Shown here: positions 38,893-52,600 of the stretch, piece after piece | How positions within the stretch are numbered: the stretch's first letter is position 1 | Layout: each line of letters starts with the position of its first letter | From: Octopus sinensis | Lineage: Eukaryota | Direction of reading: 5' to 3' | DNA length: 64,000 bases | NCBI RefSeq assembly: GCF_006345805.1 | Contig: NC_043012.1 | Location: forward strand, 24,924,001 to 24,988,000 | The notes under the pieces: generated by a model | What the model was told of the DNA's origin: nothing | Databases searched by the model: none | The model's input: only the letters and a program-made list of their open reading frames with translations | Made by a program: the position numbers and the translations under genes

Positions 38893-39290
38893 GATACCCT
38901 GATGCAGTACCAGGCAATGGCTCTCATGGCTTCTCATCTTAACTGATTGGAAGTGTTATCATGTACATGTTTTGTCTTGGTATACAAAATGGGAGACAGC
39001 AAATATTCTGTTCAATATCACAGATTTACTTGTCAGTTGCTTGACTATGACCAGTTCAGCATGTCTCTCGGTGGCTGACAATATGTGCATCTCTGATCAC
39101 GAGCAGAAGTAATGGGGGAGCATCATAGCCATGTGTTGAGAGGAATTCTTTGGTTCATCATCCTTAAATAAATCTTATTCAGGGACCTTTTGAGTGGGAA
39201 GGGCTACCCGACTTGAAGAAAATTCTAACTGGGCCGCGTCAGCAAGGTCGTGTGCTGTTTATCTTGGTATGGGATCACCATGTCGTGCAC
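38893..39290 (+). mobile_element. Unclassified non-coding interspersed repeat (family D), paralog of 52601-53320
   Basis: TGGAAGTGTTATCATGTACATG...GATCACGAGCAGAA...AGCCATGTGTTGAGAGGAATTCTTTGG...GAAGAAAATTCTAAC is shared between the two loci. Confidence 0.75.
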
Positions 39291-39908
39291 AAATAGGAGA
39301 AATCTACAGTTACACACTGCATTCAGGCATAAAAGAAGGTTCTCAAAACTGTTTCAGGTTACACTAATTGATGTAGGTGAAAACCTCTGAGTATCATGCG
39401 AATGAAGCACCAGCTGTTTACATATAAATATTAACCCGGTACAATATACAGATATGTATTCGTATCATTTGTACACGTAAACACATACCGCACTAAATCG
39501 TATATAAATCACAAGTTAATGTTGAATCTCGGTTCAAAATGTTTTCCTTTAACACATTCAGTTTTTCCTTCTGTATAAGTCGTACCCTTTTTTTTCAGTT
39601 AAAATCAAGAGTAAAATAGTGCGACTTATACACGAATAACTATTGTGTGTGTGTGTGACGTATGGTTGTTTCCAGTTGTATGTATACATACGTTTCCCTG
39701 CAGTACCGTCTATATAGAATACATATGCATATAGGCTCATATATGTCTATGTAGAATTGTGGAAGTGATTGTCGTATACGAAATATTTTTGATGCGTCGT
39801 AGCATAAAATACTATCAACAAATGAAAGAAAGGAAGGAAGGGAGGAAAAGTGACAGCAACGGTAGGTGTTGTAAATATCTCTCATAGCTTTTACACGACG
39901 TAATCGTT

Positions 39909-40534
39909 ATGTATGTATATATATATGTATATATATATATATATGTATGTATATATATATATTTATATGTATATGTATATATATATGTATGTATATGTAT
40001 GTATATATATATGTATGTATATGTATGTATATATATATATGTATATATATATGTATACATATATGTATGTATATATATATATGTATATATATATGTATAC
40101 ATATATGTATATATGTATATGTATGTATATATATATGCATATATATATATATGTATATATATGTATATAAATATATATGTATATATATATGCATATATAT
40201 ATATATGTATATATATATGCATATATATATATATGTATATATATATATATGTATATATATATGTATATATCTATGTATATATATACGCATATATATATAT
40301 GTATATATATATGCATATATATATGTATATATATATATATGTATATATATATGTATATATATATATGTATATATATATGTATATATATGCATATATATAT
40401 ATATGTATATATATGCATATAATATATGTATATATATATGCATATATATATATATATGTATATATATATGTATATATATATATATAGTATATATATATAT
40501 ATGTATATATATATGTATATATATATGTGTATAT

Positions 40535-40570
<36 letters not shown>
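39909..40570. repeat. Long imperfect (TA)n array with periodic G/C interruptions
   Basis: Direct reading. Confidence 0.95.
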
Positions 40571-40576
<6 letters not shown>

Positions 40577-41046
40577 AGCTGTCAAGCCTCAATTAGTAAG
40601 AAAATAATGAATACTATAAGGACCCCATACTTATTGAATTCGAAGTTATTATAGCTTATAAAATATGGTAATTGGTTTCAGCCCAATGAAAAAGTGCAAT
40701 AAAAATTTTAAGAAACAGTTTTCAGTCTTTTTTAATTTAATTAAACACCAAAAGACAATAAAAAGACGCATTTATTGTATAATTTATTTTTATTATACAG
40801 AATAAACAATGCAGTAAAGTACATTTTATTTTGGAAAAGGAAATTTTAAAATTTACGAAAAAAAAAATAATTATACAGTAGTATGCAAAAATGTAAGCAA
40901 ATTCTAAGTGTTAACATATCAAAAGAAAAATACAGAGACAGTATTACATACATTAATGTTCGTTTTCTTTTTTCTTTTGGAATATTTAATCAGTAGAGAT
41001 TGCACCAACTTTTCTTTAAATCTTCATACAGACTTGAAATTTTTCT

Positions 41047-41250
41047 TATAAATTTTGGCACAAGTCCAGCAATTTTGAGGAGGAAGAAGTCAATTGCGTT
41101 GACCTCAGTGCTCTACTTGGTACTTATTTTATCGACCCCGGAAGGATGAAAGGTAAAGTCGACTTCGATGACTTTTGAACTCAGAGCGTAAGGAGTCAGA
41201 GAAAATGCCGCTTAGCATTTTGCCGAGCGCCGTTACGATTCTGTCACTTA
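41047..41250 (-). mobile_element. SINE-B copy
   Basis: TTGGTACTTATTTTATCGACCCCGGAAGGATGAAAGG core. Confidence 0.75.
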
Positions 41251-41339
41251 AGAAAACTTGGTGAAAACCTCGACGATCTTGTAAGCATCTTTCCATGTTG
41301 AAATTGAAATAAACAAAAGTAAAAGTATTTAGTTCAAAA

Positions 41340-41600
41340 GAATGATGTGAGTGGATTCGGTGGACAGAAACTGTGCGAAAGCCCGCCGTATACGTATATG
41401 AGTACGTGTGTGTCTGACCCCCTCTCCACCGCTTGAAAAGCTCTGTTCGTTTGTTTACGTCCCCCTGACTTAGTTGTTCACCGAAAGAGGCCGATAGAGT
41501 ATACTTAAAATATAGGTACTGAGGTGCGATTTGCTCGACGAAACCCTCCAGGACGATGCCCCAGCATGATCTCAGTCCAGTGACTGAAACAAGTAAAAAA
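41340..41600 (+). mobile_element. SINE-A 3' two-thirds
   Basis: GTGAGTGGATT core and ATGCCCCAGCATG...GACTGAAACAAGTAAAA end. Confidence 0.7.
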
Positions 41601-42211
41601 AAAATACAAAAAAATGTCTTTCAAATGTTGGTTTAATTTCTATATCTGAGAATGTCTTACACAACTCAGTTACCGCTATATGTAATCCTGCCGAAGTCGA
41701 CATTGAGTTCCGCCGGGGTCGATAATATAAAGTCCCACTCAAATACAAGGATCGATATTAAAAGCTATAGCCCTATCTTCTATGAATCTTCTAGACTTTT
41801 GCCTTTGTTAAAACAACTATTTTTCACATTAAAAAAAATCAAAGAATTTTGCTTGGACCTTTGGAAGGAGGAATGCATTTTTGATTCGAACCCCCCAATC
41901 CATGGAATAAGAAACATTTCTATCACAGCAACGTTTCTAGAGTTTGCAATCGCTTCCAAACCACATAAAAATGATGCTTTACTTTTTGTCTTTTATTTCA
42001 TGTCCATACTTTCTTACATTTCAGACAAAAGATTCACGCACGCCAATAATCACTGATGGTATTCCAATTGCTATCACCGCATTGAATAGGAAGCATTACA
42101 TAAAAATTTCTGCCCCGATATAATGGTAAGTCTCTTTCTTTCTTTCATTCTTTGCAATAGAAACATTTGCCGCACAAATATTTTTCCAGTTTTCCATATT
42201 TATTCAGGGTT

Positions 42212-42586
42212 GGAGGCGCAATGGCCCAGTGGTTAGGACTCGCGGTCATAGGATCTTGGTTTCGATTCCCAGACCGGGCGTTGTGAGTGTTTATTGAGCG
42301 AAAACACCTAAAAGCTCTACGCGGCTCCAGCAGGGGATGGTGGTGATTCCTGCTGTACTCTTTCACCACAACTTTCTCTCACTCTTACTTCCTGTTTCTG
42401 TTGTACCTGTATTTCAAAGGGCCGGCCTTGTCACTCTCTGTCACGCTGAATATCCCCGAGAACTACGTTAAGGGTACACGTGTCTGTGGAGTACTCAGCC
42501 ACTTACATGTTTATTTCACGAGCAGGCTGTTCCGTTGATTCGGATCAACCGGAACCATCGTCGTCGTAACCGACGGAGTGCTTCCA
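42212..42586 (+). mobile_element. Third tRNA-derived SINE family (SINE-C)
   Basis: A-box TGGCCCAGTGG (42222-42232) and B-box-like GGTTTCGATTCCC (42258-42270), followed by a non-tRNA body. A decayed reverse copy is likely near 63100-63400. Confidence 0.75.
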
Positions 42587-43072
42587 TCCCAATATAAACC
42601 CAAAATAACTGTAGTATTTGAAAATGCATACCAGATCGCAACCTGATATACAAGACAACGGCTAAAAGCAAATTGAGCAATGAGTCAACTGTACACACGA
42701 ATCGTGCAGAATCTGATGTTCGTGTGTGGATATAAATTAAATCTTATGTTGTATTTAGTCCCGTAATAAGGAAAAATGGTGTTATTCTATAATTGATAAA
42801 AAAAATTAAATACGTACAATTTGAGATTAGGTTGTGTATGAATGTGTGTGTGTGTATATATATATTATTGTTATTTTAATTTTAATATTTCTATTATATG
42901 TAATTTTCTAGATAGCGTAATTTAATTGTTCGTTTTGAATTGATAAAAGGTGCTTTTTTCTAATTTTTATATATATATATATTATATTTTCTGAAATTTG
43001 ATTTAGTATTTCTAAATTGAATTTTCCCCTGTAAGTTAGGAATAATATTACCTCAAATAATAATAATAATAA

Positions 43073-43121
<49 letters not shown>

Positions 43122-43290
43122 TTTTACTTGTTTCATTCATTTTGACTGCTTTTCAGTCGAAGAAATCGACCCCTGGACTTATTCTTTGTAAACCTGGTAC
43201 TTATTCTATCGGACTCTAATGCCGAACCGCTAAGTTACGGGGGTGTGAACACACCAAGATCGGTTGCAATGCGATGGGTCAGGGACAAAT

Positions 43291-43324
<34 letters not shown>

Positions 43325-43945
43325 TGTGAGAGAGATGCGTGTTTCTATTTGTCTGTCTGTCCATATGTACATATATGTTTGAGATATTTACTGATGAATT
43401 AGTATATCGAATAAAGGTATCTTGTTTATATTAATTCCGCCTGAGTTGATTTGCACGAGAAGAACTAACGAATTGCTAATGGTAATATCAATTATCATAA
43501 TATTATGAAGACTTGCCGAAATTAAAACTAACTCAAGGCTTACATCTTAAAATAAAGATACACATCCGGAACACGTACGAATTTTTTTCTGCTTTTGATT
43601 TCTTATCATTGGTGGGCTGAATATAAAGCAGAACAGTCTTCTGCCGGAGGACAAATATAAGAAGTTTGGATGGAACTTAATTATATACACTCTCGAAACA
43701 GACTTCGCAAAACACAAGGTGTACTTATTAAGTTAAAATGCCAGTGAATTTAAAACTATTATCTTTATGCGTAGACAATCTACAACCAACCACGTTGATA
43801 CAACCACAAGTATAGATTTAAACTGTCTGGAGAGCAAATATACTCAACCTGGAAATTAATTTTATATATATATATATATATATTAGAATGAGATAAAAAA
43901 AAAATCCAAGGCTGTGAATAGTTTTCAGAACATTTATATACTCTT

Positions 43946-44500
43946 TTATACTTTTACTTGTTTCAGTCATTTGACTGCGCCATGCTGGAGCCCTGCCTTT
44001 TTAGTCGAATAAATCGACCCCAGGACTTATTCTCTGTAAGCTTAGTACTTATGTTATCGGTCTTTTTTGCCGAACCGCTGAGTTACAGAGACGTAAACAC
44101 GCCGACATCGGTTGTCAAGCGATGAAGAGTGGGGAGACAAACAGACATAAACACGCACACACATATATACACGACGGGCTTCTTTCAGTTTCCGCCTACC
44201 AAATCCACTCACAAGGCTTTGGTCGGCCCGAGGCTATAGTGAAAGACACTTGACCAAGGTGCCACACAGTGGGACTGAACCCGGAACCAACGTGTTTTGT
44301 CTTTTATCTTTCACTTGTTTCAGTCGTTTAACTGCGTCCATGCTGGAGCACCTCCTTGAAGGGTTTTAGTCGAACGAATCGTCTCCCGTACTCTTTTTTT
44401 TTAAAGTTTGGTACTTATTCGAAACAGTTACAGGGGCACGAATAAACCAACACGGGTTATCATGCAATGTTAAAGGACAAACATAAACACACACACGCAC
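43946..44500 (-). mobile_element. SINE-A copy followed by a second partial SINE-A 3' half
   Basis: Two TTACTTGTTTCAGTC...CCATGCTGGAGC starts at ~43950 and ~44310. Confidence 0.8.
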
Positions 44501-44511
44501 GTTTATATAAT

Positions 44512-44772
44512 GTGAAGGCACGGGGCCAAGTAGTTAAGTTGTTGTACTCACGATCACTAGATTGTGGGTTCGACCCCCCTGACAATGCGGTGTGTTGTGT
44601 TTTTGAGTAAAACACTTCTTCGATCAGTGGGCAGGTGCGTGGTTGTTGGCTTTCTCACCTAGCCAGTGGGGTAACGTAATTTGAAAGATAAAACAATGCA
44701 AAAGCGCATTGTGACCAGCGACGTGTAACAACAGCTTATAGCCTGGTCGATCACGTGGTCACGCACGTGATA
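44512..44772 (+). mobile_element. Decayed tRNA-derived SINE of a further family
   Basis: GGCCAAGTAGTTAAG A-box-like motif, GGGTTCGACCCC B-box and GTGTTGTGTTTTTGAGTAAAACACTT core. Confidence 0.6.
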
Positions 44773-44894
44773 GAAGTAAAAGAGATGACACCGGAAAAAA
44801 CGACGGTTATGTTATGAACTTCATTGGCTTACAAATGTTTCTGCTCTACGATGCAGTGGACTCATGACTGAGCGCCTGAGCAACATCCTGTAGC

Positions 44895-44937
<43 letters not shown>

Positions 44938-45080
44938 CTTTGGTCGACCCGGGACTATAGTTTAAAACTCTTGCCCAAGATGTCATTCAACTGGATTGTT
45001 CACGTGTGGGTGGGCAGCCAAAATCTTACCACACAGCTACGTCTGCAACTATGAAATAATTTTTGAAGTATGTGATATTG

Positions 45081-45445
45081 AGGTAAGAAGTTTGATTCCC
45101 AGCCACATGGTCTTGGGTTCAGTCCCACTGCGTGGCACCTTGGGCAAGTGTTTTTACTATAACCTCGGGTCGACCAAAGCCTTGTGAATGGATTTTGTAG
45201 ACGGAAACCGAAAGAAGCCTGTCGTGCGTGTGTGTGTGTGTGTGTTTATACCCCACCACCGCTTGACAACCGATGCTGGTGTGTTTATATCCCCGTACTT
45301 TAGTGGTTCGGCAAAAGAGACAGAATAAGTACCACTGTCTTAAAAGTATAAGCCCTGAGGTCGATTTCTTCGACTACAAACCTTTCAAGGCGGTGCCCCA
45401 GCATGGCCGCAGTCGAATGACTAAAACAAGGAAAAAGACAAAAGA
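45081..45445 (+). mobile_element. SINE-A copy
   Basis: Core plus GGTGCCCCAGCATGGCCGCAGTCGAATGACTAAAACA 3' end. Confidence 0.85.
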
Positions 45446-45797
45446 TAAGTATTCTCTGTAAAAATATTCCCTGAACGTTCATACTTGTTCACACATTCCT
45501 CTCTGCCCAGAGGTAGAATCATTAATTGCATCCAAGTTGCCTTTAGCATGATTTCGTGATCGAAACGAGATCATTTGGAGGTTCTCGTAAGGAGCATTGA
45601 TTCACCATCAAAATCAGCCGCCGGAGCTTTGCGAACAGTAAACTCCGAGTAAAGACTCAGCTATGTGTATAAGAGTTCTGTGAATAGATATTTATAAAAT
45701 AATGTAGAGCTAAAGCCAACCCGTGTTTTAAAACTTCTCACTCCAACAAAATATGCTGAGCGCTGCTTTGTTTTGTTAACCGGTATGCACACACTCT

Positions 45798-45828
<31 letters not shown>

Positions 45829-46087
45829 CACACACACATTGGTTTCAAATTTTGGTACTAGGCCTGCAAGTTCGGAGGAATGGGTATCTACAAGACTGCT
45901 TGGATATATATGACATGTTATTCAGATCTGCCAAATTATTGTATCTCCACTGCATAAAACTATTAGTAACTCTTGTTTTAAATTCTGTGTATATCAAATA
46001 TTTGTCTCTCATTGGACAGAATGCTATTTTGTTGATTCTAACTATAACGGAACAATAAAGTATATATATATATATATATTATATATA

Positions 46088-46132
<45 letters not shown>

Positions 46133-46942
46133 ATATATGTATATCTATATGTATATGTATATATAATATATATATATATATGGAAAAAAAAAAGTCAAGA
46201 TAGAAAATGCTAAAATAATTTTATAAAAAAACATTTCAGTACCGGTTTCAGTCATTGAGACTTTTTCAACTGTAACAATTAAATAATTGAATTTAGAAAA
46301 ATTAAAAGAAAAGTTTTTTTTAAAAGAATATTTGCATAGTGTTCAAATACAAGTGGCATTTTCCTTGTTTCTGCCTGTCTCTGTCTCTCTTGTTTACTCT
46401 TGTAGGTTCGAGGTCCTTGTGAATTCTTATATATATATATCAAGAACATTATTATTCATAAAAATAGTGGCCGCAAGCATAAAAGCCGTATAGGCAAAAT
46501 TAATTAATATATATAAAATATGATTAGATATAACAAGGTACTAAATAAACACATGCTTAGGAGTTAAAACGGCTTCGGAGTGTTTTGACTATCTTTTTAG
46601 CAAAGCTGGTGCTTATTTAGTACCCTGTAACATCTAATTATATTTCTATATTTTGTATACGCACACACACACAGTATTTGATAGATAGTATATATGATGC
46701 ACATATTTCCAAGTTTCTCAAAAAAAATCCCTCCGAGTGTTATATGCGAATTTACACACACACATCCCATAAATTAATTTTCTCCCTGATGAATATTTTC
46801 ACAATCGTGAATCCTTGCTTTATCTTCATGTGTTCTCCTTGCTTATTCTTTATTTTAAACTGTTTGCTGCTGTTGCTAAGGGGTTTTTTCTACTGTAGTG
46901 TGACGTACTGATAGATTGCTTTGAATATTACATGCTTCAATG

Positions 46943-47296
46943 CAGGGACACCCAACTAATGGGTCGCAGACCAGTAACGGCCTCGAATCGTTTGGTACCT
47001 GGCCACACTGAAAGAATAAATTTTAAAATTTTATTTCTCTGTTACTGACTGCAGTCTGCAGCTTATTTTTGCATTATTAAATTATATATTATGCACTTCA
47101 ATGTGTTTTATTATGCACATGACCCCCCGGTTTGTGGGAAAATTTTCTTAGGAATGAGGGAGTATTGAGAGCAGAGAAAAACAATGGAAGACGTGCAAGA
47201 AGGACATGAAGAAGAATTACGCAAGACCCCCCGGTTTGTGGGAAAATTGTCTCGCATGAAACTGGTTTTTAGTGCACAAAAGGGTGAGGAGCGCTG
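46943..47296. mobile_element. hAT Charlie/MER1-like MITE containing a captured LINE fragment
   Basis: CAGGGACACCCAAC...AGGGTGAGGAGCGCTG termini with MER1-like subterminal sequence. The 8-bp flanks CTTCAATG and CTTTTATG match at 6/8. Confidence 0.75.
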
Positions 47297-47756
47297 CTTT
47301 TATGTTCTAAAACTGTTTTCTCCTGAATATTCGATGTTGAAATTGGGGTGCGTCTAATACGCCTGTGCGTTATTTTTTTCTTTTGTTATTTTCTTTTCTT
47401 ATGTCCTCAAATATGGTGTATCGTTAAAGGAGGATTGGGTCACGCTGTCTGGTGTCTTGGACGGTTTTGCAGCATACTAGATAAGAACAAGTTATAAGGC
47501 TCTACCTAAAAACTCTCACAATATTGTGCAACCAATTCCGAGATAAATGTAGTTAATGCCATTGTTTGGTTGGTACTTTATTCATCGACCACGGAAAGAC
47601 GACATATCAGAGGTTGAGTCCGACGTGACTCGAACTTACACCAGAAGACAAGTTGGTACCATCACCGCACTAGTCGTTTGTCCAACCAACCGCCCCACAC
47701 ACGCGCGCGCGCACATATATATATATATATATATATATATCTTTTTCTTTTTTTCT

Positions 47757-48140
47757 TCTTTTTACTTGTTTCAGTCATTTTGACTGCGGCCATGCTTCAG
47801 CACCGCCTTTAATCGAGCAACTCGACCCCGGGACTTATTCTTTGTTATCCCAGTACTTATTCTATCGGTCTCTTTTGCCGAACCGCTAGGTGACGGGGAT
47901 ATAAACACACCATCATCGGTTGTCAAGCAATGCTAGGGGGACAAACACAGGCACACAAACAAACACGCACACACATATTTACATATATACATATATACGA
48001 CGGGCTTCTTTCAGTTTCCGTCTACCAAATCCACTCACAAGGCTTTGGTCGACCCGAGGCTATAGTAGAAGACACTTGCCCAAGCTGCCACGCAGTGGGA
48101 TTGAACCCGGAACCATGTGGTTGGTAAACAAGCTACTTAC
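47757..48140 (-). mobile_element. SINE-A, young copy
   Basis: Near-identical to 19385-19775. Confidence 0.9.
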
Positions 48141-48292
48141 CACACACACACACACACACGCACGCACATACTGTGTGGTTATTGCGAGTGTGTGGTTAGT
48201 AGCGTGTCATGAGTATGTGTGTGCGTGCGCGCGCGTAGTGCTTGTGTGTGTGTGTGTGTGTGTATGTTTGCATGAATATGCGTGTGTGTGTG

Positions 48293-48343
<51 letters not shown>

Positions 48344-48982
48344 ACTCTTTCATATACATGTATTTAGTATTTACACACACATACAGTTGCATACATCACA
48401 CACTTGCGTAATTCTATAGATCCATCGTCTATGCAAGTTCTTTTCTCGTCCATATTGTTCAGCATCAATAGAAATTTCCCCGCCAAATATGTAAATCTAA
48501 TTTCCATATTGGTCGTTGCTTTACTGTGGAATTACTAACTATTCACAGGTGTGCTGTCTACTTTCTCGCAGATTGCACCTTCGATTCCACACAACTCGTT
48601 ACTTCGTCACTGGGGTGTCAAATTCACAACACCCATACCACCTCCCCCGCAAACTAACAACGACAACAACAATAATAGTGGCAATAATAATAATAATAAT
48701 GATAATAATAATGAGTGGCGATAATGATTATAACAATGATGATGATGATGATGATGGTGGTGAGAGTAGTACTGATGATAATGATTATAATGATGGTGAT
48801 AGCAATGATAACAGTAGTAATAGTGGTGGTGGTGGTGGTGATGATAATAATAATAATAATAATAATAACAACAACAACAGACGATAATGATGGCGATGGC
48901 GTTGATGATAATTAACGGTAGATTAATATTTTAGGAAAATAAATAACTGAACAGGAAATCAATGAAACGTAGTGTTAAATAA

Positions 48983-49016
<34 letters not shown>

Positions 49017-49569
49017 TTATGTGAGGTGTGCGTACGTGTGCACGCCTGATGACTGAAGTGTGTGTGGCGTACGTGTATGTGTATGTGAGGTATGTAATTG
49101 TGAGTGTGCGTATGTGTTTGATGTACGTGTTTGTGTGTGTGTCTGTGTGTGTGTATGAGTAAGGCTTGTGACTTTGTATACCGTGTGTGGCAAATGTGTG
49201 TGTGTGGCGGGGGTCGTGTGATGTGTGTGGCGAGGGTCGTGTGATGTGTGTATACGTGTGTGATGTGGTCGTGGTGTATGATAGTATATCGGTGATATTA
49301 GGGTGTGTGTGCGTGTGTGGTGAGTGGTGGTGACAAGGTGTAGAAGAGGGGGAGGTGTTTCACAAGTAAAGAATGTCGGAACGTGTGGTAACTAATACGT
49401 GGTGTGTGACTTGTAAGTGGTGGCAGGGGGGGGAGCGATGGTGGTGGTGGTGGTGGTGGTGGTGGTGGTGGCGGCGATAGAATTAGCGCTGACCACATCG
49501 TCGTCGTCGCCTTCGTCCTTAACTGAAACTGTCGTAACATAAGTTTCTGTTTTACTATTTTGTCATTCA

Positions 49570-50045
49570 CAACACATCTCTCTCGCTCTCTTTCTTTCTC
49601 TCTCTCTCTGTCTCTCTCTCTCTCTTCACTCGCTCTCTTTCTTTCTCTCTCACTCGCTCTCTTTCTTTCTCTCTCTCACTCGCTCTTTCTCTCTCTCACT
49701 CGCTCTCTTTCTTTCTCTCTCACTCTCTTTCTTTCTCTCTCTTCACTCGCTCTCTTTCTCTCTCTCACTCGCTCTCTTTTTCTCTCTCACTCGCTCTCTT
49801 TCTCTCTCTCACTCGCTCTCTGTCTCTCTCTCTCTCTCTTCACTCGCTCTCTTTCTTTCTCTCTCTCTCTCGCTCTCTTTCTTTATCTCTCTCTGTCTCT
49901 CTCTCTCTTCACTCGCTCTCTTTCTTTCTCTCTCCCTCGCTCTCTTTCATTCTCTCTCCCTCTTCACTCGCTCTCTTTCTTTCTCGCATTCTCATTCTTT
50001 CTCTCTCTCTCGCTCTCTTTCTCTTTCTTTCTCTCTCTCTCTCCA
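49570..50045. repeat. (CT)n-derived minisatellite with recurring CACTCGCT units
   Basis: Direct reading. Confidence 0.9.
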
Positions 50046-50065
50046 ATCTTTTATCCTTTTTATTT

Positions 50066-50460
50066 TCTTTTTTACTTGTTTCAATCGCTCGACCATGGCC
50101 ATGCTGGGGCACTGTCTCCAAGGGTTTAGTCGGAGAAATGTGACACCAGTATTTCTTTTTTTTAATCCACTACTTATTATTATAAGTCCCTTTTGCCGAA
50201 ATGCTATGTTACACGGACATAAACAAAATAACACCGGATGTCAAGCAGTGAGGACAAACAAAAATACGACACACACACAAACATACACACAGATTTGTTT
50301 GTGAGTATACGAAGAGTTTCTGTACAGTTTTCTTCTGTCAAATTCACTCAAGGGGCATTGTTCGGTCCGCGGCCATTGCTGGATTAGCATGACGAAGGTG
50401 CCACGCAGTGGGACTGAACCCAAAACTACATGACTGCAAAGCGATCGTCTTAACCAGGAG
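50066..50460 (-). mobile_element. SINE-A, older copy
   Basis: TTACTTGTTTCAATCG...CCATGCTGGGGCAC start and AAGGTGCCACGCAGTGGGACTGAACCC head. Confidence 0.8.
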
Positions 50461-50484
50461 CGCCATCGTCTCATTTCTTCATCA

Positions 50485-50509
50485 GTCTATCTCTCTGTCT
50501 ATCTATTAG

Positions 50510-50552
<43 letters not shown>

Positions 50553-50573
50553 GTCTGTCTGTCTATCTGTCTG

Positions 50574-50654
<81 letters not shown>

Positions 50655-50729
50655 ATGTCTGTCTATCTGTCTGTCTGTCTGTCTATCTATCTGTCTGTTT
50701 ATCTATCGGTCTGTCTATCTATCGGTCTG

Positions 50730-50796
<67 letters not shown>

Positions 50797-50935
50797 GTCT
50801 ATTTATCTATCCGTCTGTCTGTTTATTTATCTATCTGTCAGTCTATCTATCCGTCTGTCTGTCTATTTATCTATCTGTCTGTCTATCTATCAGTGTCTGT
50901 CTGTTTATCTATCTGTATATATGTAATCTGTCTGT
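50485..50935. repeat. (TCTA)n/(TCTG)n tetranucleotide array
   Basis: Direct reading. Confidence 0.95.
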
Positions 50936-51435
50936 CTGTGTGCAATTGTGTGCATACATATACGCACATTGCGTGGATATTTATACACTAAATTCATTAT
51001 TTAAACTTATCTGAAATAAATAGCGCCTGCACGTGAGTATATTTGGGTGGTACATATATGCGAACAATTATTATTAAAAACTACAAATTTTGAATAATGA
51101 TTGTATTCAATACTTAATCTACACACACACACATTTATATGGAAATGTGTACAGAACACTCGCCGAAGGTGCCACGCAGTGGCACTTTGGGTAAGTGCCT
51201 TCTACTTAAGCCTTGGGCTGACCAAAGCCTTGTTAGTGGATTTGGGAGATTTATATTTATCTGTTTGCCTCACCCCGGATTAGTCGATTATATCGACCCC
51301 AGTGTTTTACTGGTACTTAAATTTAATTGACCCCGAAAGGATGAAAAGCTAAGTCAACCTCGGAGGAATTAAAGACGGACGAAATTCCGCTAAGCATTTT
51401 GTCCGGTGTGCTAGGGATTCTGCCAGCTTGCCGCC

Positions 51436-51469
<34 letters not shown>

Positions 51470-51765
51470 CAATAGACTCCGCATCGAACATGACGTATGA
51501 GTGTTCAGCTTTAGCTGCACGACCTGCATAAATGATTTCATTATGGTGACCAAATGTATGTGCTGTACATCAGAGCACCTCTTCCATTAAAACAACTTTT
51601 GCCTGAATAAGCGTACGATGTGCTACGCGCCAGGTGTCGTGATCGCGAAACAATACGTTTTGCTCGAGAACACAACACCCGGTCTAGGAACTGAAATCAC
51701 GATCTCACGATTGTGAGTTAAACATCTGAACCACTAGGCTATGTGAATAAATAATAATAATAATA

Positions 51766-51820
<55 letters not shown>

Positions 51821-51821
<1 letters not shown>

Positions 51822-52185
51822 CTAAAAGAAATGGAGAAACTCTCAAAATACAAAGACCTGGAAATAGAGGTAACTAGAATGTGGAATCTGAAAACAGAAA
51901 CAATTCCTATCATAGTAGGTGCATTAGGCATGATAAAAAAATATTCAGACAAATACATAACAAAAACACCAGGACTTACAAACACATATAACATACAGAA
52001 AATTGCACTACTAGGCACTGCACACATCCTACGCAGAACACTTTCCATACAATAACCATCAGAGCATCACAACAAATCACAGCACATACCCAAGGCACAC
52101 AGAGCTGCGCTCGGTAGTGAAGTGAAAGCACGCTATAAAAATAAAACTACTGAATAATATAATAATAATAATAATATTATTATTA

Positions 52186-52229
<44 letters not shown>

Positions 52230-52600
52230 CTAAAAGAAATGGAGAAACTCTCAAAATACAAAGACCTGGAAATAGAGGTAACTAGAATGTGGAATCTGAA
52301 AACAGAAACAATTCCTATCATAGTAGGTGCATTAGGCATGATAAAAAAATATTCAGACAAATACATAACAAAAACACCAGGACTTACAAACACATATAAC
52401 ATACAGAAAATTGCACTACTAGGCACTGCACACATCCTACGAGAACACTTTCCATACAATAACCATCAGAGCATCACAACAAATCACAGCACATACCCAA
52501 GGCACACAGAGCTGCGCTCGGTAGTGAAGTGAAAGCACGCTATAAAAATAAAACTACTGAATAATATAATAATATAATAATAATATAATAATAATAATAA
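51821..52600 (+). mobile_element. Two tandem copies (period 408 bp) of an R4/Dong-like LINE 3' end
   Basis: ORFs 51831-52055 and 52239-52532 read EKLSKYKDLEIEVTRMWNLKTETIPIIVGALG...QKIALLGTAHIL, each with a 3' UTR and (AAT)n tail. They differ by a 1-bp deletion and in microsatellite length. Confidence 0.92.

Noticed and set aside
42212-42285. tRNA gene (A and B boxes present)
   Set aside because: No cloverleaf can be folded and the sequence continues into a SINE body. The same applies to SINE-A and SINE-B heads.
48516-48915. Acidic/Asn/Gly-rich ORF
   Set aside because: Mixed (GAT)/(AAT)/(GGT) microsatellite.
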